This document shows, piece after piece, positions 1 through 9,234 of a DNA stretch of 55,023 nt. The stretch comes from a virus. Taxonomy: Duplodnaviria > Caudoviricetes. The position numbers were made by a program, and so were the translations under genes. The DNA lies in the IMG/VR virus record IMGVR_UViG_3300037469_000008, positions 1 to 55,023 of that record. One strand, written 5' to 3'. The notes beneath the pieces were generated by a model. That model was not told where the DNA came from. It searched no databases and saw only the letters and a list, made by a program, of their open reading frames with translations. The stretch's first letter is position 1; each line of letters starts with the position of its first letter.

Positions 1-139
1 GCTATCGCTGGCGATGGAACAACTTATGCCGCTAGTGAAAGACTCCAACGACCATATAGCAGACTTGCGCAGGCGCACAGAATTGGCGCAGCAAAGGAGA
101 GCGGGATGAATATATCAATCTCAACGAGGTATAGCCCAT
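1..139. repeat. Terminal direct repeat / circular assembly overlap with 54885-55023
   Basis: 139 bp identical except G13 vs T54897 (GCG/GCT, Ala in TerL); joins TerL end to portal start. Confidence 0.97.
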
Positions 140-2264
140 GAGTAGAAACCGCGCACACAAGAAACGTCCTATGCTCGAACGCGCTGCTATGCCCGTGAGT
201 GCCGCAACATCCGGCCCGGTGGTCTCGATCCCGCTTTCGGTGTGGAACCAGATGTTCCAGAGCATGGCACCACAGAAGAGCCAGGCGGAAACATTCAGCC
301 CAGGTGCGCCACTGCAACCCATTCCTGGTATCACACCCGCCGCAGGCCCGCGCCAGTGGAGTTACCCTGTCGGATTCAACCTGGCTGGGAACGATCGGAC
401 ACTTCAGCGCGACTATATTCCGGCATTCCAGCAGTTGCGCCTGCTTGCCCAGACCTATAGCGCCGTCGGCACGGCAGAGCGTATCTGGTGCGATCTCATC
501 CCGCGTATGGATATGCAGGTGACGCTAACGGATGAGTTGAAAGCAGCAGGCAAAGACGACAAGGACTATACCCGCGAACGTTTGGGCTACCTGAACTTCT
601 TCGAGAAGCCGGACGGACAAGACGACTATCACGAATGGCTGCGCAAGGCCATCGTCGATCAAACACAGATTGACGCGCTCGTGATGTTCAAGCGTCGCAC
701 CCGAGGTGGCAAGTTGCAGGGACTGGATATCCTCGATGGATCGGACATCAAGCCCTTGCTCGATGAGCGCGGGCGTGTCCCAGTCCCGCCCTATGCTGCG
801 TTTCAGCAATACTCCTACGGCACACCAGGGCAAGCCTACACAACCGAAGACATGATTTACTATCGCGAGAGTCCGCGCACGTTCTCCCCTTACGGCTTCT
901 CGCGGGTCGAACGCATTATCACCATCGTCAATATCGCGCTCAGGAAGCAACAGAAAGACCTCCTGCGCTACACGGACGGGAATATTCCTGCGGGCATCAT
1001 GGAGGTTCCCGATACCAGCGGTTGGACGCCTGACCAGATTGAGACCTTTGAGCAGATGTGGAATAGCCTGCTCGCTGGCAATGCGCAGCAACAGGTGCGC
1101 ATCAAGTTCACTCAGCCCGGCATGAAATACTCGCCCTTTGACCAGCCAGAAGCGCAGTTGCACCTAACCGAATTCGACATGTTTCTACTCAACATCTGCG
1201 CTGGCGTGTATGGCGTCTCGATGGCTGATCTCGCTATGACGGGTGACATCCACAAGAGTGCAGACGAAGGCCAGCAAAACATGCTCTACCGCAGAACGAT
1301 AGAGCCGCTGGCGATCGCCTACGGGCGAATCTTCACGAAGATTTTGCGCGAAGACATTGGCGACCCGCGCTTTGTGGTGAAGTTCGGAGGCTACGACGAA
1401 AAAGAGGATGTTGGCCAGCAGGTGTCCGCATTCGCGCAGGGTATCCAGAACGCCATGATTTCGCCCGCAGACGCTGCGGCAAAACTCGGCTGGCCTGACA
1501 TTCCCAAAACTGGCCCGCTCTTTATTACCAAAGGCGGCATCACCCCACTGGCCAGCTTCGAGATTGGCTCCGCGTCACGTCAGACCAGCGACGATGCGCA
1601 GCTCGCAGGCTTCCAGTTAGCGGCGCAAGGGCAACCAGAGGCAAAAGGCAATCCGGGCAAGCAGGATCAGGTAGCGGGTGGCAAGGAACCGCCGAAAGAC
1701 GGACAGGATACGGCATCGCCAGCACCAGGACAGAAAGAAGACGAGGAATCGCCGGTTTCGCGTGTCGCCGAGATGATCCAGAAAGCCGATGAGATCCTGG
1801 CAATTATCCGCGCACAGAACGTGACGCCACCATGGCCGAAAGAGGAAGACATTGAGCAGAGGACACAACAAGACCCAGAAGAGCTACCTGGAAATCGCAC
1901 GCCAGAGGGAACCTCTCTTCAATCAGATGCACATCCACGAGCAGCGGGCGTATCTGAAATCAGTCATCCGCACGATGGGAGCGAACAGGCTGCCAGAAGC
2001 GCCGATTATCGTAGATGGCGAGAGCGAGCCATCGCAGACGTAAAGGCAGGGAGAGCGCAAAGGCCATTCGAGAGTACGCTGATTTCGAATGATACGTATA
2101 CCTATCTTTTTCAGGAGTTGGCTCGCTGTGAATGTCCCGATGACGTGCGCGCAGCCTTTGAACGCGCGAAAAACCGCGAAAGGGACGCAAGTTTTTTCGT
2201 GACCGCCGTCGGCAGTGGCGGCAACCCACACCCGAGCAGGAGCGATTGGAAACTCAGATGGTAG
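138..2264 (+). CDS. Portal protein with long C-terminal extension
   Basis: Follows TerL; motifs DGSDIKPLLDERG, YGFSRVE, YTDGNIPAG; SD GAGGT. Confidence 0.92.
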   Translation: MSRNRAHKKRPMLERAAMPVSAATSGPVVSIPLSVWNQMFQSMAPQKSQAETFSPGAPLQPIPGITPAAGPRQWSYPVGFNLAGNDRTLQRDYIPAFQQLRLLAQTYSAVGTAERIWCDLIPRMDMQVTLTDELKAAGKDDKDYTRERLGYLNFFEKPDGQDDYHEWLRKAIVDQTQIDALVMFKRRTRGGKLQGLDILDGSDIKPLLDERGRVPVPPYAAFQQYSYGTPGQAYTTEDMIYYRESPRTFSPYGFSRVERIITIVNIALRKQQKDLLRYTDGNIPAGIMEVPDTSGWTPDQIETFEQMWNSLLAGNAQQQVRIKFTQPGMKYSPFDQPEAQLHLTEFDMFLLNICAGVYGVSMADLAMTGDIHKSADEGQQNMLYRRTIEPLAIAYGRIFTKILREDIGDPRFVVKFGGYDEKEDVGQQVSAFAQGIQNAMISPADAAAKLGWPDIPKTGPLFITKGGITPLASFEIGSASRQTSDDAQLAGFQLAAQGQPEAKGNPGKQDQVAGGKEPPKDGQDTASPAPGQKEDEESPVSRVAEMIQKADEILAIIRAQNVTPPWPKEEDIEQRTQQDPEELPGNRTPEGTSLQSDAHPRAAGVSEISHPHDGSEQAARSADYRRWRERAIADVKAGRAQRPFESTLISNDTYTYLFQELARCECPDDVRAAFERAKNRERDASFFVTAVGSGGNPHPSRSDWKLRW
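1852..2043 (+). CDS. Candidate overprinted 63-aa ORF nested in portal linker
   Basis: SD AGAGGA plus TTG; protein-like sequence where the portal frame is low-complexity. Confidence 0.4.
   Translation: MSRGHNKTQKSYLEIARQREPLFNQMHIHEQRAYLKSVIRTMGANRLPEAPIIVDGESEPSQT
2192..2221 (+). promoter_or_regulatory. Candidate -1 frameshift site (T TTT TTC plus hairpin) joining portal to gpF-like ORF
   Basis: Heptamer 2192-2198 is in portal phase; -1 frame is open from 2162 to 2911; hairpin 2203-2221. Confidence 0.7.
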
Positions 2265-2911
2265 CCACGCTTCGTGAGTTGTTCGCGAAGGCACGCCGTC
2301 CGAGTCAGGACGACAAAGAGCGCGCGGTGCATGTGCTGGCCAGTATCATCGAGCAGGCGAAAGCCATTGGCCATGCACACGCGAGCCAGGAAGAAGAGCG
2401 TGCAACGGCCTGGGGCGGGAAGTTTCAGCACGCTCTCAGCAGTGCCTGGAACATCGTCAACAACTTTGTCCAGCGTATCGCGGATTGGTTCGCGGGACAA
2501 GACGAAGTGACAGAGGAGGATGTCGAGGCGGAAGTTGATTCGCTGGCTGAACGCGTGGCGAGTTACGAGGTGGCTACGGCCATCGAAGAGCAGGTGCTGG
2601 AAACGCTTTACTTTGCGGGTGTTACGATGGTGCAATCCATCGCTCAACCTGGGGCGTGTCAGCCCTGCCAGGATAAAGCGGACGATGGACCAAAGCCGAT
2701 CAATGATTTCGATCCGCCTCCGTACCACGGGGGGTGCCGATGTAGCGCAGCGCCTGCCGATAATGTACGCGTGATTCGTTCTGTACAGCGACTAATAAAC
2801 AAGCAGGGCACATGCAACTGTGAGACATGCCGCTCTATGGCTGGGATGCCTGTAGACGAGAATGGGCCGCCATTTCACGATGGCTGTGATTGTACGACCG
2901 AGGAGGAATAA
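2246..2911 (+). CDS. Mu gpF / SPP1 gp7-like minor head protein
   Basis: CQPC...PPYHGGCRCS motif, duplicated as CETC...PPFHDGCDCT; lies after portal. Confidence 0.8.
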   Translation: METQMVATLRELFAKARRPSQDDKERAVHVLASIIEQAKAIGHAHASQEEERATAWGGKFQHALSSAWNIVNNFVQRIADWFAGQDEVTEEDVEAEVDSLAERVASYEVATAIEEQVLETLYFAGVTMVQSIAQPGACQPCQDKADDGPKPINDFDPPPYHGGCRCSAAPADNVRVIRSVQRLINKQGTCNCETCRSMAGMPVDENGPPFHDGCDCTTEEE

Positions 2912-2966
2912 AAAGTCCGTCTCAGGATTGCGCACCAGCGACTGCACAGTAAGGAGACTGAGAACA

Positions 2967-3401
2967 ATGGGATTACAGGACATCCTATATCATATGGAGA
3001 TCGCGCACGATCAACTTACTTACCTCATCGAACAAGGACAACGGACCAAAGAAGAACACAATGCGAGAGGTGAGCGAGAAAGATTTTTCCATTTCGAGTA
3101 TGAGCACAGTGAGAATTCCAGGGGCGCCCAAGATATTCTCGCATACGACGCCGAGAGCGCATTCAAATGGTTTGCTTATGTTGTGATAGAGATTTTTAAA
3201 TTGCACCCGCGCAATATCTCGTACAAAGAACAAGGAGAAAGAGATGCCAACATCGAAACGAAAACCAGCAGCAAAGAATCCCGTAGAGTTGCCTACGGTG
3301 GTGCAGACAGCAACGCCAGAGCCAGAGATGCCCACGGAAGCCCAAGTGCAGACAATGACAGAGGAAGCGTTTGCGCCGACGGAGCCAATGGTTCTCAGTG
3401 A
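2967..3401 (+). CDS. Hypothetical protein (3' end overlaps next gene)
   Basis: SD AAGGAG plus ATG 2967. Confidence 0.5.
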   Translation: MGLQDILYHMEIAHDQLTYLIEQGQRTKEEHNARGERERFFHFEYEHSENSRGAQDILAYDAESAFKWFAYVVIEIFKLHPRNISYKEQGERDANIETKTSSKESRRVAYGGADSNARARDAHGSPSADNDRGSVCADGANGSQ

Positions 3402-3672
3402 ACAGGAACTTGCGGTGGATCTCCATCGCTTGCTTGAGCAGTTTGCACCACAGCCACCAGAAGCAGCAACCGCGCTTGCTCAGATGGTGCGCGATACTGC
3501 CAGCACGCGTGATGTCCTTTTCGTGCCAGAGCCGGGGGTCGTGCTCATGTTTGGTTATGGTGGACTTGTGCGTGTGCTGCCAGCGCATCGGCATGTGCAT
3601 ATTGCCACCGTGGACGAGTTAGCCGCGATGAGCGATCAGCAGGTCTATGATGCAGTAAAGGATGCAAAATGA
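3244..3672 (+). CDS. Hypothetical protein
   Basis: SD AAGGAG; ATGA overlap with next gene. Confidence 0.75.
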   Translation: MPTSKRKPAAKNPVELPTVVQTATPEPEMPTEAQVQTMTEEAFAPTEPMVLSEQELAVDLHRLLEQFAPQPPEAATALAQMVRDTASTRDVLFVPEPGVVLMFGYGGLVRVLPAHRHVHIATVDELAAMSDQQVYDAVKDAK

Positions 3673-3896
3673 TCGAGCAAGCAGCGCATACACAGCGTGT
3701 CACCTGCTCACAGCCAGGTCCGCGCAACGCACGAGGCCAGCCCAAGCCACTTGCGACGATTGAGCCGGACGGAATATGGGTGTATTGCGGTCACTGCAAA
3801 GAGCCGCACTTTCTTGCGCGCTCGGTGGTCATGGCAGCATGGGGACGTGGCGGGAGTGTGCAGTGTGGATGGCAGGATGAAGCGGGTGTGGAATGA
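3669..3896 (+). CDS. Small Zn-ribbon protein, Mu Com-like regulator candidate
   Basis: VTC...KPLA...GIWVYCGHCKEPH; precedes structured leader of capsid operon. Confidence 0.55.
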   Translation: MIEQAAHTQRVTCSQPGPRNARGQPKPLATIEPDGIWVYCGHCKEPHFLARSVVMAAWGRGGSVQCGWQDEAGVE

Positions 3897-4090
3897 CGGT
3901 GTTCACGCTCTGCGGTGGGTTCTGTAAACTCCTGTGGCGGCTGGTAGCCATGTTGCTCAACATAGTGATCAATCATATCTGGCATGGCGTAGACATGCCC
4001 GTTACGAAAAGCGAGAATGACATCCCCGCTGCTTGTTTCGCGGTTACAGTATTCGCAGATGTCTCCTCTCGCGCCATTCTACCACAACCC

Positions 4091-4119
4091 TTGCACGCGC
4101 GTGGGCCGTATGGTATGCT
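4091..4119 (+). promoter_or_regulatory. Sigma70-type promoter for capsid operon
   Basis: TTGCAC-N17-TATGCT with TG extension. Confidence 0.65.
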
Positions 4120-4120
4120 T

Positions 4121-4202
4121 GACGCAAGAGAACAAAAGAGAGCCTAAGCGTTTCACGACGGGCCACAGTCCACGGGACTGCGGGCCGTTTTTTATTGCGT
4201 CT
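4121..4202 (+). terminator. Structured leader / attenuator upstream of protease gene
   Basis: GGGCCACAGTCC-ACG-GGACTGCGGGCC plus T-run, bracketed by GACGCAA/TTGCGTC. Confidence 0.6.
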
Positions 4203-4225
4203 CGCATCCCTCATGAGGCGCATAG

Positions 4226-5887
4226 ATGGCAAAATGGACTGCTGCAAAGCGTAAGAAATACCTCGAAGAACACCCCGAAAATTTTGCCGGGCCAGATGGT
4301 AGCTACCCGATTGAAGACGCATCTGATGTAGGCGACGCGTGGGGGCTGGCTGGTCACGCTGCTGATCCCGATGCCGTGCGTGCCAAAATCAAATCTATCG
4401 CCAAACGCTTGGGCCTGGAAAGTGGCCTCCCCGACACGGCCAAAGAAGACAACAAGGAGCGCTCTATGGACCCCATCGGTGCGGACAATGATGGCAACCA
4501 TGAGCCTATGACTGGCAAACACTCACACGTCCATCCCGCATTTGGGAGCCAGGGCGACGACGATAGCCACGAACACGATCACAGCCACGATGGGGACGCC
4601 GATCACCAGCACGATCATGGGAAGCGCACAGAGATGCCCAGCCAGGCGCTGCTGTATATGCCCATCACCCGCATCGACAATGAGAGACGAGAAGTAGAGG
4701 GCGTGGCGACATCGGAGGCTATTGACTCGTTCAAGACCATTTTCAGCTACAAGGCGAGCAAGAGAGCGTTTCAGGACTGGATCGAGCGTACCGCCAACTG
4801 CCGCGAGATGCACGAGCGCAAGGCCGTAGGCAAGGGCATCGGCGTTTTTTTTGACGACGAGAACAAGAAAATCATCGTGCGCAGTCGTGTCTCTCGCTCT
4901 GCCGATGGGGAGAATACCTGGATCAAGTTCCAGGAGGGCATTCTCAACGGCTACAGCGTCGGGGCGACCAATCCCGTGTGGAGCACCGTCGATCGCGATG
5001 GCAAAATCTACCCCTATCTCGTGAGTTACAAACTTGGTGAACTTTCCTACGTTGATAACGCGTCTAACCCGGACGCGCAGGGCCTGACCATCTGCCGCGC
5101 CGATGGGCTCACTGAACTGGTAGATACCACCGAAGACACCTCTCCTGCTCAAGTTCCGGCTGTCTCTTCTTCCGCGGTTGTGCGAGCCGGCGCGCGGGTC
5201 TCCGATTCTACACGCGCGGCTATGCACGACTCAATCAAGCACACACTGCACGCCGCATCCTCTCAGATGCAGAACTGCGGGTGTGACACCTGCCAAAATG
5301 CCATGAGCCACCTGGACCCGGATGGGGATGGCGATATCGACATCGGCGGTTACGACGATCCTGACAACGACGCCGAGAGCCTGTACAACGGCAAGAACAA
5401 CGCTGACATGGACCGCGCCGTGATTGCGGCCTTAGAGCGCGTCTTGCCCGTGGTCGTCGAGCGCATGTTCGCGCCCGTCTACCAGCGCCAGCAGCAACTG
5501 CTTGCACGACTGGCGCAAACACCTGAAGAAACACCCTCTTTCAATACATCCGAACTGGAAGAACGGCTTACCTCTGCCATTGTAGAGCGAGTGGCCTCTG
5601 CCTCTAGCCTGTCTGAGTTGCGCGCTGATCTGTCAGCGGTAAAGGAGGCGGTAGAGCGCATTGAGAACCAGCCCGCTGTTGGCCTAGCTCCGATTCTCAA
5701 CGGGTCACGTCCCGTTGACAAATCTTTCCCGCTTGATCGAGTCGCCCAGGGGGCAAACGCCGCGCCCGCGCCGCCCGGTGTGATGCAACGTGCGCTCTCT
5801 GCTATGCAGGGAGCGGGCATGCTCGACACACAAGATATGCAAACAAAAGCGGCGACGCTGCTTCTCCAGATGCAGCAGCCCCGCTAA
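4226..5887 (+). CDS. Prohead protease / scaffold fusion with DUF6582-like N-terminus and His-rich linker
   Basis: REMH, GILNGYSVG, ELSYVDNASNPDA protease motifs; C-terminal coiled coil. Confidence 0.85.
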   Translation: MAKWTAAKRKKYLEEHPENFAGPDGSYPIEDASDVGDAWGLAGHAADPDAVRAKIKSIAKRLGLESGLPDTAKEDNKERSMDPIGADNDGNHEPMTGKHSHVHPAFGSQGDDDSHEHDHSHDGDADHQHDHGKRTEMPSQALLYMPITRIDNERREVEGVATSEAIDSFKTIFSYKASKRAFQDWIERTANCREMHERKAVGKGIGVFFDDENKKIIVRSRVSRSADGENTWIKFQEGILNGYSVGATNPVWSTVDRDGKIYPYLVSYKLGELSYVDNASNPDAQGLTICRADGLTELVDTTEDTSPAQVPAVSSSAVVRAGARVSDSTRAAMHDSIKHTLHAASSQMQNCGCDTCQNAMSHLDPDGDGDIDIGGYDDPDNDAESLYNGKNNADMDRAVIAALERVLPVVVERMFAPVYQRQQQLLARLAQTPEETPSFNTSELEERLTSAIVERVASASSLSELRADLSAVKEAVERIENQPAVGLAPILNGSRPVDKSFPLDRVAQGANAAPAPPGVMQRALSAMQGAGMLDTQDMQTKAATLLLQMQQPR

Positions 5888-5901
5888 GGAGATAATCTCA
5901 C

Positions 5902-7653
5902 ATGACTGTGATAACTCAAATCGCAGCCGAACAGTTGCCACCGGGGACACAACTCTCCGAGGGCAATACCAAACAGCCCATCGGCGTGATTGATGAGCGC
6001 TTGGATGGGGATGGCGACGTGCTGCGCGCACAGGCAGCCAAAGTAGCACGCCAGCGTGGCACGCAAATCTACGACGGGAAAATGGAAAACATGCCCGATG
6101 TGGTCCGCATGGTTGGCGAGAGCCGCTATCCGGGTCAGTTCGCGGCTATGAGCCAAGAAACCTTGCAAATGCTGGCGAATGGGACGCTCACCCGTGACCA
6201 GGCGTTCGTCGGCAATAACGCGAACTTTACTGGCTACTACCTGGAAGGTCCGGCCAAGTTCGTCATTCCGCAATACACACCGCTGCGCAACAAGATTCCG
6301 CGCGTGGCAGGCCCTGGCATTGATACCATCAACTGGCGTGCTGTGACTGACTACTTCGGCGGCTCCGGCCCCTCTGTTGGTCAATTCATCTTGCAACAGC
6401 AGGGCACACTTCAGAAACTGTCCTACAACTGGGTCAACCAGTCCAACATCTTCAAGATGCTCGCGGCGCAGGACATCGTAACATTCGAGAGCGAAATCTA
6501 TGGCCGCATGTGGCAGGGCGATGTGCGCGCCACCGTGGCCGCGAAGCTCATTCCCGCGCTCATGCAGGGGCAGGAAATCTGGATGATTAACGGCGGGCAG
6601 AAGTGCTGGGCACCCGCGCCTCCGTCCGGTGGTTCGACCGCAACCGGCGGTACGATCGCCGCAGCTACCAACTGGATCATCGTCACCGCCGTGAACGCCA
6701 ACGGTGAGACTCTCGCCAGCGGCACTACCGCAAGCGCACCACAGGCGCTATCTATTGTCACCACTGGATCTACCAGCACGGTCAGTTTCAACATCTTCCG
6801 AGTGCCGGCCGCGACCAAGTACAACGTCTACGTCGGGACGGGAAGCACACAGCCGGCGAATTCCGCGATGTGGCTGCAGTCCGCGACCACGCAATTCGGT
6901 GGGGCGAATGCGCTTAACGACCCGGGTGGATTGGCTGCCGGCTGGTTCACCGTGACGGCAACCGCAGCGTGGGCCGGTTCTGGTACGGCGTACAGCACAG
7001 TGGTCACTGCTGGCAACACGGCCATTCAGTACAAATCGACCGATGCCAACACGCTCAACCTGCCGCTGGTCTACGACGGCTTGCAGGCGCTGATTATGCA
7101 GAACCAGGGCAACCCCGGCACCATCGGCGTCTCTGGCGAAGTGCCGTTCGTGATTCAGCCAGCTGCCGCCAATGGCGCACTAGCGCAGAGCGACATCGAC
7201 AACCTGCTGGAAAAGATGTTCCTGAACGCGCACGCTGATCCCGACAGCATCTATTGCTCCGTCAAGGATCACCGCACGCTGACCTACATCGTCAGCCAGG
7301 GAACCAATTTCAGGATCACGCAGGACATCGGCGGGGCAGGGCTTACTAACCTGACCGTGGGCGGACGAGCCACGAAATACATCAACCAGACCACCGGCAA
7401 GGTACTCGATATCATCATGCTGCCGTACCTCATGCAAGGCACGCTGATCGTCGGATCTGATTCCATCCCATACCCGGTGTCCGCCATCGAGAAGGCCATC
7501 TTCCGCATGGAGTGCAATAAGGAGATGTGGGCGATGGAGTTGCCGCCTGACCAGTCGCACACATCGCAGTGGATGTACAACGCCTTTGTCAACGAGACGA
7601 TGGTCATTCAGTACCTGGGTGGCTTCGCGGCCATCACTGGTATCAAGGCATAA
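5902..7653 (+). CDS. Major capsid protein with inserted T/A/G-rich beta domain
   Basis: Position; TPLRNKIPRV and YDGL motifs; strong SD and codon bias. Confidence 0.85.
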   Translation: MTVITQIAAEQLPPGTQLSEGNTKQPIGVIDERLDGDGDVLRAQAAKVARQRGTQIYDGKMENMPDVVRMVGESRYPGQFAAMSQETLQMLANGTLTRDQAFVGNNANFTGYYLEGPAKFVIPQYTPLRNKIPRVAGPGIDTINWRAVTDYFGGSGPSVGQFILQQQGTLQKLSYNWVNQSNIFKMLAAQDIVTFESEIYGRMWQGDVRATVAAKLIPALMQGQEIWMINGGQKCWAPAPPSGGSTATGGTIAAATNWIIVTAVNANGETLASGTTASAPQALSIVTTGSTSTVSFNIFRVPAATKYNVYVGTGSTQPANSAMWLQSATTQFGGANALNDPGGLAAGWFTVTATAAWAGSGTAYSTVVTAGNTAIQYKSTDANTLNLPLVYDGLQALIMQNQGNPGTIGVSGEVPFVIQPAAANGALAQSDIDNLLEKMFLNAHADPDSIYCSVKDHRTLTYIVSQGTNFRITQDIGGAGLTNLTVGGRATKYINQTTGKVLDIIMLPYLMQGTLIVGSDSIPYPVSAIEKAIFRMECNKEMWAMELPPDQSHTSQWMYNAFVNETMVIQYLGGFAAITGIKA

Positions 7654-7668
7654 GGGAGGGACAAAACC

Positions 7669-8307
7669 ATGGCCTGGACCAATCCTGTTGCTGATACCAA
7701 TGGGTTGCAGGTGCTCAATCCGCCACAAAAAATGATGCCGGTCGATCTCGCGGGCAATGCCTACACGTTGCAGAACAACGCTGTTCCGGTGTTTCCTCTG
7801 CCAAACTACAAAGCGACATATGTGTATGCTGTCTCGGCAACCGCGCCGTACGCCACGCCAACCGACTGGATCGTGATACGTGGCTCGGCATCGAAGACGG
7901 TCAAAATCTTGCGCATCGACATATCAGGCGCGGCAACAGCCGCCACCGAGGTGCTTTTTACGCTCAAAAAGCACCTGGTCGCCAACACGGGAGGGACCAG
8001 TACGACCCCTACGCCGATGCAGCATGACAGCAACGACGGAGCAGCGACTGCAACCGTTCTGCTGTACTCGGCTGCGCCCACGATCGATGCGGGGGCAACC
8101 ATCTGGAAAAACGTGCGCATGACGCTGGCGGTTGCTCCCGCAGCCACATCTGTCAACCCTGATCGGTTCGTCTATGACTTCGCGTCGCAACCCTACGAGC
8201 CGCTGACGCTGCATGGTGCTGCGCAGGAATTCGCCATCAACTTTGCCGGCGCAGCCGTACCGTCAGGGGGCGTATACGACGTGGCAATCACATTCTCGGA
8301 AGAGTAG
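7669..8307 (+). CDS. Virion structural / decoration protein
   Basis: Follows capsid gene; beta-rich; SD GGAGG. Confidence 0.6.
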   Translation: MAWTNPVADTNGLQVLNPPQKMMPVDLAGNAYTLQNNAVPVFPLPNYKATYVYAVSATAPYATPTDWIVIRGSASKTVKILRIDISGAATAATEVLFTLKKHLVANTGGTSTTPTPMQHDSNDGAATATVLLYSAAPTIDAGATIWKNVRMTLAVAPAATSVNPDRFVYDFASQPYEPLTLHGAAQEFAINFAGAAVPSGGVYDVAITFSEE

Positions 8308-8310
8308 CAC

Positions 8311-9225
8311 ATGAATACCTATCTGGATCACTTCGATTTCATTCGAGCCACGCACGGGCTAGAGTATCAGTCGCTGATTGGCAACTCTGCCCGGTTTACC
8401 AGCGCGCAACTAGCGTTTGCGAACGCGCTGACTGCGCCAGCGACTGGCCCGAATGCGATCACAGTGCCGTTGAACTATTTCGATCGAATCACGATTTTTG
8501 ATGGTTCAAGTACCGAAGTGGTTCAGGTAGGCAGTGCAGGTGCAGCAGCGGGCGCAACGAGCATCCCTCTGCTTGTCCCCACACAATTCGCGCACGGCAC
8601 TGGTGTTGCATGGTGCTCAGATGGCATTGGAAGCCTTGCCGATCAGATTGTCGATGCCAGCGCCTGGATCGAGACGCAGTGCAACCAGCCGCTCTTGCAA
8701 ACATCCTGGACGGGCGAGCAACTTGCAATACCAGGTATGCGCGCCAGCATCGACAACTGCGGGGCGCTGCACTTTCGTCCACGGCACTGGCCAATTCAGA
8801 CGCTTACAGCGGTCTCGATTGCGACATCACCCACCACTTCGACGGTGTATGATCCCGCGCAAGCGTGGATCGACTCGGATAAGCAGATTTGCATCATGCC
8901 CTATCCAGTCCCACTCAACACTCAGGGCCAAACGCAATCGACCTACCCGGTGCAGCCAAGACTCAACCGCCAGCAATTGGCGCAACTCACGCTGACCTAC
9001 ACGAGTGGCTATGCCTATGCCACTCTGCCGGGCGATCTCAAAGAAGCGGCGATCCTCGTGACTTCTGATTTTGTGGCAAAGCGGCATAACCCTGTGGGGG
9101 CGCCCGACATCCAGGACGGAAGCACGCGCATCAGCACAGTCTTGCGTGGGGACACAAGCGGAGAGAGCCTGCTGGTGAAACGGGCATCCAAGATTCTGGT
9201 GAAGTACAGCACACAGCCATTCTAG
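8311..9225 (+). CDS. Head-tail adaptor with N-terminal insertion
   Basis: ASAWIETQCNQ and TYTSGY...LPGDLKEAA motifs. Confidence 0.75.
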   Translation: MNTYLDHFDFIRATHGLEYQSLIGNSARFTSAQLAFANALTAPATGPNAITVPLNYFDRITIFDGSSTEVVQVGSAGAAAGATSIPLLVPTQFAHGTGVAWCSDGIGSLADQIVDASAWIETQCNQPLLQTSWTGEQLAIPGMRASIDNCGALHFRPRHWPIQTLTAVSIATSPTTSTVYDPAQAWIDSDKQICIMPYPVPLNTQGQTQSTYPVQPRLNRQQLAQLTLTYTSGYAYATLPGDLKEAAILVTSDFVAKRHNPVGAPDIQDGSTRISTVLRGDTSGESLLVKRASKILVKYSTQPF

Positions 9226-9234
9226 AGGTGATCC

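Noticed and set aside
4159-4169. CGGGCCACAGT shared with 43670-43680
   Set aside because: An 11-bp match is expected by chance in 55 kb
4844-4853. T-run slippery sequence in the protease gene
   Set aside because: The -1 frame hits TGA immediately, so there is no extension product
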